Source: Candidatus Latescibacterota bacterium
GTDB taxonomy: Bacteria; Latescibacterota; UBA2968; GCA-2709665
DNA length: 64,000 nt
Assembly (NCBI GenBank): GCA_965116875.1
Contig: OZ220733.1
Span: 4,384,001-4,448,000, forward strand
Direction of reading: 5' to 3'
A program made the position numbers and the translations under genes. Positions 28,715-38,944 of this stretch are shown here, piece by piece. How positions within the stretch are numbered: position 1 is the first letter of the stretch; each line of letters begins with the position of its first letter. A model generated the notes under the pieces. The model was not told the origin of the DNA. It searched no databases and saw only the letters and a program-made list of their open reading frames with translations.

Positions 28715-29584
28715 ATGATGCCCGATGGAGACACACCGCCCATGCCATTACAGAATCGCAGCGTTCGCATCGGCTTGCTGAAAGCGTTGCCCGCCAAATG
28801 GGACGTTGAAGCAAACTGGGACGTGTTCGAGGAGCAGTTCACGCGGCATCGCGACAGCGGACTGGACGTGTTCGTCACGCCGGAGTGTTTCCTCGACGGA
28901 TACGCCGTGACAGAGGCCGACTGGAATGTCCCGAGGTTCCGGAGCGTTGCGCAGACCGTGGGGGAGAGTTCATTCATCCAACGCGTTCTGGATCTCGCCG
29001 GGGCGTCAGACACGCACATCGTGTTCGGTTTTACGGAATTGAAGAACGGCCGTTTCTACAACGCGGCGTTGCTTGCCGGCCGCAACGGCGAGATTGTGGG
29101 CACGTATTACAAGACCCATCTGCAGAACCACGACCGCCGGTTCGCCGCAGGGCCGGACCTACCCGTGTTCGAACTGGAATTCGGCGCCGCGGGCGTCGCG
29201 ATCTGCGCCGATCGCCGATGGCCGGAATCCATCCGTGTACTGCGGTTGAAGGGCGCCGAGGTCTGTCTTCTTCCAACCTACGGAATGTGGCACCTGGACA
29301 ACGAATGGTGGATGCGCACCCGGTCTTACGAAAACCAGATGTACGTCTGCTTCGCCCATCCCAACGTGGCGCTGATCACAGGTCCGGGGGGTCAGCTGGA
29401 CGCGAAGCTTCAGTCAAACGTGCCCGATGTGCTGGTGCACGACATCGATCTCGCGACGGTTACCGACGGAAACCATCTGGCCGACCGGAGGCCTGAATTG
29501 TACGGAATCCTCTCAGACGAGACGCATCCGTCCCGACAGGATCCCTTCAATCCGCCGACCGTCGACGGCGACGGGAGGAACTGA
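28715..29584 (+). CDS. Carbon-nitrogen hydrolase (nitrilase superfamily)
   Basis: TPE, YKTHL, ICAD Glu-Lys-Cys triad. Confidence 0.92.
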   Translation: MMPDGDTPPMPLQNRSVRIGLLKALPAKWDVEANWDVFEEQFTRHRDSGLDVFVTPECFLDGYAVTEADWNVPRFRSVAQTVGESSFIQRVLDLAGASDTHIVFGFTELKNGRFYNAALLAGRNGEIVGTYYKTHLQNHDRRFAAGPDLPVFELEFGAAGVAICADRRWPESIRVLRLKGAEVCLLPTYGMWHLDNEWWMRTRSYENQMYVCFAHPNVALITGPGGQLDAKLQSNVPDVLVHDIDLATVTDGNHLADRRPELYGILSDETHPSRQDPFNPPTVDGDGRN

Positions 29585-29585
29585 C

Positions 29586-30605
29586 GTGACGGAACGCACA
29601 CTCGGAGCGGCCATTATCGGTTGCGGAAACATGGGGCGTACCCACGCGCGCCTGCTGGCCGCGTTCGAGGACGTAACCCTGCGAATGCTGGTCGATTCCA
29701 GTCCGGAAGCCGCCGGGGCCCTGAACGCGGAAGTCGGCCCGGCCATCGTCAGCACGGATTACGAGCGGGCGCTGCGGGACGATGCCGTCGACGTGGTGTT
29801 CATCTGCACGCACCACCATCTCCACGCGCCCATGTGCGTGGCGGCGGCCCAATCCGGCAAGGATATCTTCTGTGAGAAGCCGCTGGCGATATGCGCCGAG
29901 GATTGCGCCGCGATCGAGAAGGCGGTTCGTGCGGCCGGCGTCAGGTTCATGACGGGTTTTCAGGCGCGGTTCTCCCCGTTCTTCCTGAAATTGAAGGAGG
30001 TTGCGCCCCGTCCCTGGTTGACGATCGGCCAGTATTTCGATCCCAGGTGGGGAGAGCAGAGCTGGGCGAACGACCCGGTTGCCGGCGGCGGCAACGTGCT
30101 GAGCCAGGGATGTCACTGCTTCGACGCCGTCCGCTTCCTGAGTGGGTCCGAGGTAGTCTCGATTTACGCGGCAGGCGGGAACTACCACCATCCCACGCTG
30201 CCCATCACCGACGCGGTTGCGTGTACGCTCAGGTTTGCGGACGGGGCCGTCGCCAACGTCGCGATTGGGGACGTGGGCAAGCCGGCGTTGATGGGAAAAG
30301 CGGCCTATCAGGTCTTCGCAGGCGAAACAACGGCCAGCCTCTTCAATTACCACTGGAACCCCGAGATTCGACTGTGGGGCGCCGAGCCAGGCCGGCTGAC
30401 CGTCGACGACATGCCCGGATGTGACGATACGGACTTCGCACACGGCTATGTACAGCAGTTGCGGGCGGTCGTGGACTGGTCGCTGAATGGGTTAGAGCCG
30501 GTGAATGCGGCGAAACTGGACGACGGCGTCCGGGCGACCACGCTCGCGCTGCGGGCTGTCGAAGCGATCCGCACCGGAGAAGTGCAGGAATTGAGCTGGC
30601 GATAG
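29586..30605 (+). CDS. Gfo/Idh/MocA oxidoreductase
   Basis: IIGCGNMG, CEKPLA; GTG start chosen 1 nt after upstream stop. Confidence 0.92.
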   Translation: MTERTLGAAIIGCGNMGRTHARLLAAFEDVTLRMLVDSSPEAAGALNAEVGPAIVSTDYERALRDDAVDVVFICTHHHLHAPMCVAAAQSGKDIFCEKPLAICAEDCAAIEKAVRAAGVRFMTGFQARFSPFFLKLKEVAPRPWLTIGQYFDPRWGEQSWANDPVAGGGNVLSQGCHCFDAVRFLSGSEVVSIYAAGGNYHHPTLPITDAVACTLRFADGAVANVAIGDVGKPALMGKAAYQVFAGETTASLFNYHWNPEIRLWGAEPGRLTVDDMPGCDDTDFAHGYVQQLRAVVDWSLNGLEPVNAAKLDDGVRATTLALRAVEAIRTGEVQELSWR

Positions 30606-30676
30606 GGGGCGGCCGGTGTCTGAGAGCATGCCGGATGTCGGTCTGTGTCGCCATTGAACAAGAAAGGAACACCGGA

Positions 30677-31732
30677 ATGAGTTACGGCGTCGGATTGTTG
30701 GGAAACCGTGCCCACCAGATGAGCTATGGCCCGATTCTGGAAGCCCGCCGGGACTGCCGGATCGTCGCCGCTGCGGAACACAGGGCGGACAAGGCCGGCC
30801 CACTCGAGGAGCGGTTCGGGGTCGCCTGTGGCCCGGACTATGACGCGGTACTGGAAGATCCGGACGTACAGATTGTATCCATCGCCACCGACTTCTATCT
30901 GAAGCGCACCCTGATCGCGAAGGCGATTGCCTGCGGAAACCACGTGCTTGTGGATAAACCGCTGGCGCGAACCGTATCGGAAGCCAGGGAGATCGTCGAC
31001 GCTGCCGAAGGCTCGGGGACCAGGATCGTGTTGAGCTACCCCATTCGATTCGAGCCCGGGCTTGCGGCCCTCGCGCGGGGAATACGTTCGGGCGCCTATG
31101 CGAATATCACGTCCTATACGCATCACTTCGTTCGTCAGTTCAAGGACAGCGACCTGATGCAATACGTGAGCTACCCCACGCCGGTACACGTGAACGGCGG
31201 CGGCGAACTGATGAATCTGGGCAGTCACGCCGTGGACTATCTGCACCACCTGTTCGGCCTGCCCCGGCGCGTCTTCAGCAGCATGCGGAATGCCTATTGG
31301 GACGAGTACCGGGCGTTCGGAACGGAAGACATGGCGACGGTTGTGTGCGACTACGGAGAACTCGTCGCAACGCTGGTGACCGGCCGCAACAAGCTCGAGG
31401 AGGAAGGTCCGCCGGCGAACGCGGTGGATGTGACCGCGCAGGGCCGATGGATCCACGCTGAGCCCGATAAAATGCTGGTGAATGGCGTGCCTTCAGACTT
31501 GCCGGCGTCGCCCCTGCCGCAGTCGGAGGCGTGCGTGCAGGAGTTGATTGACTGTATTGAAGAGGATCGGGAACCCGTGATGGGCGTCACGGACGGTCTT
31601 GCGGTTGCCGAAATGACGACGGCGGCGTACCAGTCGGCGCAGACCGGCGAATTCGTGACGCTGCCGCTCGAAAACGCGAATCATCCGATGATCGACGCGG
31701 ATAAGCAGGTGATCGAGGGTTTTCTGGACTGA
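30677..31732 (+). CDS. Gfo/Idh/MocA oxidoreductase
   Basis: VLVDKPLA, GGGELMNLGSHAVD. Confidence 0.9.
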   Translation: MSYGVGLLGNRAHQMSYGPILEARRDCRIVAAAEHRADKAGPLEERFGVACGPDYDAVLEDPDVQIVSIATDFYLKRTLIAKAIACGNHVLVDKPLARTVSEAREIVDAAEGSGTRIVLSYPIRFEPGLAALARGIRSGAYANITSYTHHFVRQFKDSDLMQYVSYPTPVHVNGGGELMNLGSHAVDYLHHLFGLPRRVFSSMRNAYWDEYRAFGTEDMATVVCDYGELVATLVTGRNKLEEEGPPANAVDVTAQGRWIHAEPDKMLVNGVPSDLPASPLPQSEACVQELIDCIEEDREPVMGVTDGLAVAEMTTAAYQSAQTGEFVTLPLENANHPMIDADKQVIEGFLD

Positions 31733-31905
31733 CGGTCCGATGCCGCTTCGGGTCCCTGGATGCATCCCGGACCCGTCTCCCCGGGGGGAAGGCCGTTCCG
31801 TTTCTCCGCGGATTTGGACACGGGTGAATTCGACAGAGAAGAGTTGCGTCAGACGGGCGGGAACGCCGTCGACAATCGGCCCGGGAGGTCAGCTTCCGGG
31901 CCGAT

Positions 31906-33258
31906 TCAGTCCATCAGGCGGGCATTGTACTGACGGGGGCCGGCACGATAGCCGGAGTAGGCGGTCGGGTCGAACGGCGCGGGCGTGTAGATGTAGACGG
32001 CGTCCGACCAGGGGTTGTACACCAGCAGGTCCTCGCGATCGTCGCCGCACAGGTTGGCGGGTACGGCGTGATACCAGCCCATTTTCTCAGGACCGGTCGG
32101 AGGCGGCAGGTCCGGAAGGACCACCGCGGGATCGCCATTGCCGTGAAAGAGAATCCCGCCGTTGTACAGCATTGCGGGCGAGTCGAATCCGTTCCAGTAA
32201 ACCGTTTCCATCCCTGTTTCGTTCGGCGACCGGTTGAGTCGGAATCGCCGTACGATCTTTCCGCCGTTATCCGCCAGAAGAACGTCGGGATGGTGCCCGA
32301 GATACCGGATGGCCATTTGAGGCGCAGGTTCGTCCGGCAAAAAGGCGGCCACCCTGACTTCCTGTCCGTGCGGGACCGTACCTTCGCCCAACGCCAGAAC
32401 GGTCCTGCCGTTTTCGTCCAGTACGTGACCGCCGCCTGAACAGATGGCGCGCATTCGTCCGTTGTCCCACGGCTGGATGCAGACGGAGTCCATATTGGGC
32501 GCAAGCTGGCATTCCCAGCGGGGCGCGCCGTCCGAATCCAGAATGAAGTACCCGCCCAGGACCTCGTCACGCCCGTCGCCGGTCAGGTCGCCCACGGCGG
32601 GAATGTACGCGGAGCAGCGGCCGTATTCGTTCCACGGGATGACGTAGTCCCACAGAAGGTCCAGGTTCTGGTCGAACGCAAGGACCCGATCACCCAGCTT
32701 GACGACGATATCCCGGGCAGCGGCTGTGCCTCTCAGGTTGGCAATCAACAGGCGCTGATGAAACCAGTTGGCGCCCCAGCCTTTGCATGCCTTGAGAATC
32801 TCCGGTCGGGACTCCAGCTTCAGCGCACCGGTCGCGCCGTCACGGATCTGGACCGTTACATCCTCGAGGGACTCTTTGGCGGTGGCGCCGTCGGGGCGAT
32901 GGAAGAAGCAGATGACCTCGCTCCTGCCGTCGGCGTCAATGTCATGGATCGACACGGAACACGGACGAAGGGGTTGTACGCCGCCTCCGCCGTCACTCCA
33001 GAGAATGTCACCGTCGAGGGTAAAGGCGCCCAGAAAACAGGGTTTGAGTTCACTCGCCTGATCGCAGCGGTAGACCAGCAGATCGGCGCGCCCGTCTCCC
33101 GTGAGATCGCCCAGCCGGAGATCCCCGCCAAAGCACAGATTCCGGCACTCGAACCCGCGGTGCGTGAGGAGCGCGTCCGGAATCCGGACTCGCCGGTAGA
33201 GAACGGCCGGGGCGGCGTGGTACTTCATCCGGCTGCCGGCCGAATGCGATAAAGGCAT
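31906..33258 (-). CDS. FG-GAP-like repeat beta-propeller protein, resembling PL11 rhamnogalacturonan lyases
   Basis: DLTGDGRAD, DIDADGRSE, DLTGDGRDE repeats; start uncertain (33258 or 33228). Confidence 0.7.
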   Translation of the reverse strand: MPLSHSAGSRMKYHAAPAVLYRRVRIPDALLTHRGFECRNLCFGGDLRLGDLTGDGRADLLVYRCDQASELKPCFLGAFTLDGDILWSDGGGGVQPLRPCSVSIHDIDADGRSEVICFFHRPDGATAKESLEDVTVQIRDGATGALKLESRPEILKACKGWGANWFHQRLLIANLRGTAAARDIVVKLGDRVLAFDQNLDLLWDYVIPWNEYGRCSAYIPAVGDLTGDGRDEVLGGYFILDSDGAPRWECQLAPNMDSVCIQPWDNGRMRAICSGGGHVLDENGRTVLALGEGTVPHGQEVRVAAFLPDEPAPQMAIRYLGHHPDVLLADNGGKIVRRFRLNRSPNETGMETVYWNGFDSPAMLYNGGILFHGNGDPAVVLPDLPPPTGPEKMGWYHAVPANLCGDDREDLLVYNPWSDAVYIYTPAPFDPTAYSGYRAGPRQYNARLMD

Positions 33259-33275
33259 GTGAGCTGTTTCTGAGG

Positions 33276-33341
33276 GTAGCAGCCCGTTGAAAAAGTCCAT
33301 CCGGCCTCGCCTGCAGAGCGACTTTATCAACGGACTGGTAG
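33276..33341. mobile_element. 58-bp MITE with 18-bp TIRs and 4-bp target-site duplication
   Basis: GTAG|CAGCCCGTTGAAAAAGTC...GACTTTATCAACGGACTG|GTAG; TIRs match 16/18. Confidence 0.75.
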
Positions 33342-33354
33342 CGAAGCGCGAGGA

Positions 33355-33660
33355 CTACTCCTGCCGGTCCGCCTCGTGCTCTCGCCGAAGTCGGAGCACG
33401 CGATCGAATTTTTCAGACAGGCTTTCTCCGGGTCGGGAAAACCGGAGCATGGTCTCGTGAGACATCACCATCATCGTGCCCAGTTCCGGGTCGGGATACC
33501 GGCAGAAGCTGTGTTTGACTTCCTGTCCGGTAACGCAGCAGTGGGTTTCGAGGGGAAATTCGAAATCGCCGTCGAGCAGACTGCCTGATTTGCTGCCAAC
33601 GTCCGAATCACTTTCGGCAGGTATCTTGTAGTCGGGGTAGAACTGGTCCTGGTCAGACAT
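33355..33660 (-). CDS. Hypothetical protein (101 aa)
   Basis: AAGGAG RBS upstream; plausible composition. Confidence 0.7.
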   Translation of the reverse strand: MSDQDQFYPDYKIPAESDSDVGSKSGSLLDGDFEFPLETHCCVTGQEVKHSFCRYPDPELGTMMVMSHETMLRFSRPGESLSEKFDRVLRLRREHEADRQE

Positions 33661-34018
33661 CTGATATTCACTCCTTGAACTTGGTTCCAGGTTGCCTCCG
33701 GGGGTTTCCCCGGCCGGTCGAACCCGATGAACCTCGGCTGGTTGATGCGCGCGATGAAGAGCAGAGAAATATATGCTTCCGGACCGTCGTTTGTCAACAG
33801 AAACAGACGGATTTCCCGAGACCGTGTGCGAAAATCGCCGGTTTGGCGGGCAATCCGGTGCGCCGGCAGGCCGGCGGACCCGGCTGGAGATCAGGCGGGT
33901 TCGGGTGCCTCCCTCCGGCCCCGCGCGAGTGCTTTGGGCTTGATTTCAGCATCCGGAATTGCTTATTTTTGTGTTGAACCTTTGTGGTCCTGAGGAGGAA
34001 CCGAGTGGTGGAGGGTTG

Positions 34019-35539
34019 ATGGAGATTGAATTGCTGATCGACTGGCTACAGTCGGCATTGCTGATCCTGTATGGCGTTACCCTTGGTCTGTTGCTGATCT
34101 TCAGTCTGCACCGGCACGTGATGGTGCGATTGTATTACAAGAATCGGCGCAAGCGTCCCGCCCCGGCCGGCCGGTTCGAGGAATTGCCGCGCGTGACGGT
34201 ACAGTTGCCGGTCTACAACGAACTGTACGTTGTGGAACGTCTGATCCGGGCGGTGGCGGACTTCGACTATCCGCGGGACCGCCTGGAAATCCAGGTCCTT
34301 GACGATTCAACGGACGAGACCACCGAGGTGGCCAGGCGCTGCGTGGCGGAATTGAGAGCGGCCGGACACAATATCGTCTGCCTGCATCGAACGGACCGCA
34401 CGGGCTATAAAGCCGGCGCTCTTGGTGAGGGCCTGCGAGTTGCCGGCGGCGAGTACGTGGCCGTATTCGACGCCGATTTTCTGCCGCCCAGAGAATTCCT
34501 CAAAAAGACGATCCACTATTTTACCGATGAGGGAGTGGGTCTGGTGCAGGCCAGGTGGGAGCACCTGAACCGGGACTATTCACTGCTGACGCAGGTACAG
34601 GCTATTTTCCTCGACGGGCATTTCGTCATGGAACACGGCGCCCGCAGCAGATCCGGGTTTTTCTTCAATTTTAACGGCACGGCGGGAATATGGCGCAGAA
34701 CGTGCATCGACGATGCCGGTGGATGGGAGAACGACACGCTGACGGAAGACCTGGACCTGAGCTATCGTGCGCAACTGGCGGGGTGGCGGTTTCTGTTTCT
34801 GGATGACCTGGCTGCGCCGGCGGAATTGCCGGTTGAGATGAATGCGTGGAAGACACAGCAGTTCCGCTGGTCCAAGGGCTCGGCGCAGACCGCCCGCAAG
34901 CTGATCGGGCGCGTCCTGCGTGCGAAATTGCGGTGGCGCGTAAAGCTCGAAGCGCTGATCCATCTCAGCGGCAATTTCGCTTATCTGCTGATGGCTATGC
35001 TGGCCGCTTTGATCTTTCCTGCCGTACTCGCCCGTCTCGAACTCGGGTGGTTTCGTGTTGTCTTCGTAGACCTTCCTCTGTTTGTTTCCGCGACCGGGGC
35101 GGTATCCCGGTTTTATATCTATTCGCAGAAGGAACTCTATCCGGACTGGATCCGCCGCATCAAATATATGCCGTGCGTGCTGGCCGCGGGTATGGGAATC
35201 TCGTTCAACAACGCCCGGGCGGTACTCGAAGCGCTGGCGGGGCACCAGACTGAATTTACGCGCACGCCGAAGTACCAGGTCGTGGACCGCCGTGACACCT
35301 GGCGCGGCAAGCGATACGCGGTGAACAAGAATGTCCTGTCCGTCGTCGAACTCGCCGTTGGATTGTATTTCCTCTGGGTGATCGGCTTTGCGATCGACAA
35401 TGCGATCTATTTCCCGGTACCCTTTCTCGCGCTCTTCAGCCTGGGTTTCTTCTACGTGGGATGGCTGTCGCTGTTTCAGGGGCGTTTTGAGCGACTGCGT
35501 GCCGCACTCTCGAGAACGGAAGCACCCGCTGCCGATTAA
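34019..35539 (+). CDS. Processive GT2 glycosyltransferase (cellulose synthase-like)
   Basis: QLPVYNE, DDSTD, GYKAG, FDADF, TEDLD, QQFRW and TM helices. Confidence 0.93.
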   Translation: MEIELLIDWLQSALLILYGVTLGLLLIFSLHRHVMVRLYYKNRRKRPAPAGRFEELPRVTVQLPVYNELYVVERLIRAVADFDYPRDRLEIQVLDDSTDETTEVARRCVAELRAAGHNIVCLHRTDRTGYKAGALGEGLRVAGGEYVAVFDADFLPPREFLKKTIHYFTDEGVGLVQARWEHLNRDYSLLTQVQAIFLDGHFVMEHGARSRSGFFFNFNGTAGIWRRTCIDDAGGWENDTLTEDLDLSYRAQLAGWRFLFLDDLAAPAELPVEMNAWKTQQFRWSKGSAQTARKLIGRVLRAKLRWRVKLEALIHLSGNFAYLLMAMLAALIFPAVLARLELGWFRVVFVDLPLFVSATGAVSRFYIYSQKELYPDWIRRIKYMPCVLAAGMGISFNNARAVLEALAGHQTEFTRTPKYQVVDRRDTWRGKRYAVNKNVLSVVELAVGLYFLWVIGFAIDNAIYFPVPFLALFSLGFFYVGWLSLFQGRFERLRAALSRTEAPAAD

Positions 35540-35596
35540 CCCCATCGTTGTGTCAACGAACTGTTGGAAACCTGTTGACCAGGCGGATTCCCGGTC

Positions 35597-36490
35597 ATGG
35601 CAACCATCGGACGATTATTCGCGAATCGTTATACGCTGGCATACGCGGCGGCGCTGGCTGTACATCTGCTGTTTTTTGTCTTCTACGTCCCCCTGTTGAG
35701 CCTTGTGCCGGAACCGCTTCTCGACGCGGCCGTCCCCGAGTTCAGTCCGATGTCGTTCGAGTTCGTCGAACTGCCCCGCACGGCGCCGGACGAACAGCCG
35801 CCCGACGAGACACCGTTGCGGTCAGACCGGGTCTCGCGGGCGAAGGACATGGCCGACGCGGACCTGCCCGCATCGCACCTTCCCTACGCCGCCGGTCTCG
35901 CGCAGTCACCCTCAGAGCCCCGGACCGGGATCGGTCTGGAGGGCGAGGGAGGTGCGCGCGGCGAGGCCGATGCCCGGGCGGACGTCGACCCCGTCCGGCG
36001 TACGGACGCGGAAGACGAGACGAATCTCACGGATTTCGCGTCCGAGTTGAAGGAACGGAATGCGTGGTCCCCGGAACCATCCGGGCGTGCACTGTTCGGA
36101 CGTCCGGACGCGCCGGGCGTCATTCCCATGAAGAACCTGCAAAGCCACGCCCTTGAGCAGGGAGGCCTGCAACTGAGCACGTATGACTGGGAATTTGCGC
36201 CGTACCTGGCATACCTCAAACGCCATATTGGAGACCACATTCATCCGCCGGCCGCATTTACGAAACTGGGCATTATTCAGGGCCGGACCCGGCTGAAATT
36301 CAGGATAATGCCCGACGGCCGCCTCGCGTATCTGGAGGTGATCGACTTCGACGGCAGCCCGTACCTGCGGGATACCAGCATTCGTGCGGTGGAGCTGTCA
36401 GCCGATTTCCGACCTCTGCCGGCGCATTTTCCGGACGACTTTCTGGATATCTCCGCCCTGTTCCACTATCTGATACTTGATCCCCGATAA
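35597..36490 (+). CDS. TonB/TolA-like energy transducer
   Basis: N-terminal TM with VH (ALAVHLL), Pro/acidic linker, TonB-C-like end (FRIMPDG...D.SIRAV...FRPLP). Confidence 0.8.
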   Translation: MATIGRLFANRYTLAYAAALAVHLLFFVFYVPLLSLVPEPLLDAAVPEFSPMSFEFVELPRTAPDEQPPDETPLRSDRVSRAKDMADADLPASHLPYAAGLAQSPSEPRTGIGLEGEGGARGEADARADVDPVRRTDAEDETNLTDFASELKERNAWSPEPSGRALFGRPDAPGVIPMKNLQSHALEQGGLQLSTYDWEFAPYLAYLKRHIGDHIHPPAAFTKLGIIQGRTRLKFRIMPDGRLAYLEVIDFDGSPYLRDTSIRAVELSADFRPLPAHFPDDFLDISALFHYLILDPR

Positions 36491-36505
36491 CACCGGAGCT
36501 GCCGC

Positions 36506-37129
36506 ATGGGATGGGAGCTGTTCGAGCAGGGTGGTCTGATGATGTATCCGCTTTCTCTTTGTTCGATCCTCACCCTGGCCATCACGCTTGAGCGGGCGTT
36601 CAGTCTGCGCCGCCACCGGATCATCCGGGGGGAGATCGTCAGCGTGATCGAGAACATAAAGGGCCAGGCGGACATCGGTCTTGCGGTGTCCGTGTGCAAC
36701 CAGTACGAAGGACCCTTCGCCCAGGTTGTTCGCACGGCGCTGGAAAGCCGCCACCTTCCTCCGGATGAGATTAAGGAGAGCATTGTGGATCAGGGCCGCC
36801 AGGAAATGGGCAAGTTGCAGAAGGGGATCGTCATCCTGGAGACCGTTGCCAGTGTTTCCCCGCTGCTGGGTCTTCTGGGTACCGTTCTCGGGATGATCAA
36901 GGTTTTTCGTGAAATATCGGAAGTGGGCATCGGACAGGGCAACCTGCTTGCGGGAGGTATCGCGGAAGCGATTCTGACAACCGGCGCGGGGTTGTTTATC
37001 GCGATACCGGCACTGGTCTTCTTCAACTATTTCAGCAGCAAGGCGGAGAGTCTTGTTCTCGAGATCGAGAAATATTCCAATACGCTTCTGAAGAAGCTAC
37101 GCGGCTTCCAGGTTCGCGAACCCGAATAA
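36506..37129 (+). CDS. exbB: ExbB/TolQ/MotA proton channel
   Basis: SPLLGLLGTVLGMI, GIAEAILTTGAGL. Confidence 0.92.
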   Translation: MGWELFEQGGLMMYPLSLCSILTLAITLERAFSLRRHRIIRGEIVSVIENIKGQADIGLAVSVCNQYEGPFAQVVRTALESRHLPPDEIKESIVDQGRQEMGKLQKGIVILETVASVSPLLGLLGTVLGMIKVFREISEVGIGQGNLLAGGIAEAILTTGAGLFIAIPALVFFNYFSSKAESLVLEIEKYSNTLLKKLRGFQVREPE

Positions 37130-37142
37130 TAGTGGCGGCGCC

Positions 37143-37556
37143 ATGCAGTTTTATCAGAAACCGAAACGTCGGCCGTACATCAATATCACGTCGCTGATCG
37201 ACGTGCTGTTCCTGCTGCTTACATTCTTTCTTGTGACGACGTCTTTCATCGAGCAGTCCGCGTTGAAGGTGGAACTGCCGTCCATGGAAAACGCGGACCG
37301 GGTTCAGCAGCCGAAACGTTTTGTGCTGGACGTGGATCCGGATGGCGGGATCCAGTACGACGGCCAACCGGTGGAGCGTGCCGGGCTCGGGGTACGGCTG
37401 CAGGCGGCTTCCGATGAGATCAACGCCTCCGGCGGCCTTGTGCTGCGCGCCGATCGGGATCTTCCGCATGGCGAGGTGGTTGGCGTTCTGGATATTATAC
37501 GGGGGGCCGGGATCCGGCGTTTCGTTATTGCAACGGAGACCGCCGGACCCGGATGA
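37143..37556 (+). CDS. exbD: ExbD/TolR
   Basis: INITSLIDVLFLLLTFFL, LRAD. Confidence 0.93.
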   Translation: MQFYQKPKRRPYINITSLIDVLFLLLTFFLVTTSFIEQSALKVELPSMENADRVQQPKRFVLDVDPDGGIQYDGQPVERAGLGVRLQAASDEINASGGLVLRADRDLPHGEVVGVLDIIRGAGIRRFVIATETAGPG

Positions 37557-38944
37557 GAGTCTTCCTCTCGCAACGTCTTTGGTTGGGCGATCTGCCCGGG
37601 TCAGGTTCTACAGGAGGAGGCATGCCCAGTTTTCAGCGATGGTTCGTCATTGGCGTCATTGCGGTTCTGGCGGGGTGCGGGGAGGATGAGAGAGGACCGT
37701 CACGCCGTGGCGGGCAGCGACGGGGCGCGGCGGTACCCGTGAAGGTGGAACCGGTGAGTCGTCGCGATATTTCGAGTTCAATTCTGGCCAATACGACGCT
37801 GGAGGCGTTTCAGTGGGTCGAGGTGCGTTCCAGGACGTCGGGACAGGTCGTGGCAATCCACAGAGAAGAGGGTGACCGCGTAAGCCCGGGCGCGGTGCTG
37901 GCGCGTCTGGATTCCACGGAGCCGGCGCTGCAGGTCAGACGCATGGAGGTGGCCTACCAGGACGCGCGCCGCGCTTACGAGAGAGACGAAAAACTGTTCA
38001 AGCGGGAACTTCTCAGCAACGAGATGTATGAGAATTCCAGGGGGCAGATGGACCGGGCGCAGACCGAACTGGAGCAGGCGAAGCTGAACCTGAGTTATAC
38101 CTCCATCGTTTCGCCGCTTGCCGGCACGGTGACCATTCGAAGCGTGGAGGTCGGCAACATGGTCACCGCGAATCAGGCCGTGTTTTCGGTGGCGGACTTC
38201 GACCCGCTGCTGGCGCGCATCAGGATCCCGGAGAAGAATATGGGCAAAGTCGCGATCGGCCAGGGCGCGAAGGTCTCGGTGGAGTCCGATCCGGGCCGGC
38301 TGTTCCGCGGCGTCGTGAAGATGATCAGCCCCGTTGTGGATCCGGAAAGCGGGACCATCAAAGTCACCATCCAGATTCCAGGCGGCGGAAACGGAATCCT
38401 CCGGCCCGGCATGTTCGCATCCGTACACATCATTACCGAGGTCCACAGGAACACGCTGGTAATACCCAAGAAAGCGCTCGTCCTGGAGGGGGAAGGAAAT
38501 CACGTGTTCGTATATGAGCCGGACGGGGAGCAGGGTGGAGGAAAGGCGGTTCGCAGGAAGGTCGGTATGGGGTTTGCGGACAATGAGCACCTGGAGATTC
38601 TGAAGGGCCTGGCCGAAGGCGAGCGGGTCATCACCGTCGGTTACGACGGCCTGCGCCCGGGCACTGCCGTGCGGCTTGTCGGCGAAGGGGTTCCGGAAAC
38701 GGCCGCGGCCGGCGCCGCGCCGGGCGGAGGGCGCGAAAGCGGGCGGCCTGCGGGGGGTGATAGCGGTCAGCTGAATGCAATGAAGGAGAGGATGTTCGCC
38801 CGGTTTCCCGATCTGAAAAAGGCCTACGACGCACGCGTGAAGAAAGACCCGGACCTCGCGACAAGCGGTGAAAAGTGGCGCGCGTTCATGGGTGAGATGC
38901 GGCGGCAGGGCATCCTTCCGGCAAGAGGCGGGAGACCGCAATGA
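37553..38944 (+). CDS. RND efflux periplasmic adaptor (MFP), probable lipoprotein
   Basis: LAGC lipobox, EGDRV, SPLAG, LRPGM; true start may be 37622. Confidence 0.92.
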   Translation: MRVFLSQRLWLGDLPGSGSTGGGMPSFQRWFVIGVIAVLAGCGEDERGPSRRGGQRRGAAVPVKVEPVSRRDISSSILANTTLEAFQWVEVRSRTSGQVVAIHREEGDRVSPGAVLARLDSTEPALQVRRMEVAYQDARRAYERDEKLFKRELLSNEMYENSRGQMDRAQTELEQAKLNLSYTSIVSPLAGTVTIRSVEVGNMVTANQAVFSVADFDPLLARIRIPEKNMGKVAIGQGAKVSVESDPGRLFRGVVKMISPVVDPESGTIKVTIQIPGGGNGILRPGMFASVHIITEVHRNTLVIPKKALVLEGEGNHVFVYEPDGEQGGGKAVRRKVGMGFADNEHLEILKGLAEGERVITVGYDGLRPGTAVRLVGEGVPETAAAGAAPGGGRESGRPAGGDSGQLNAMKERMFARFPDLKKAYDARVKKDPDLATSGEKWRAFMGEMRRQGILPARGGRPQ

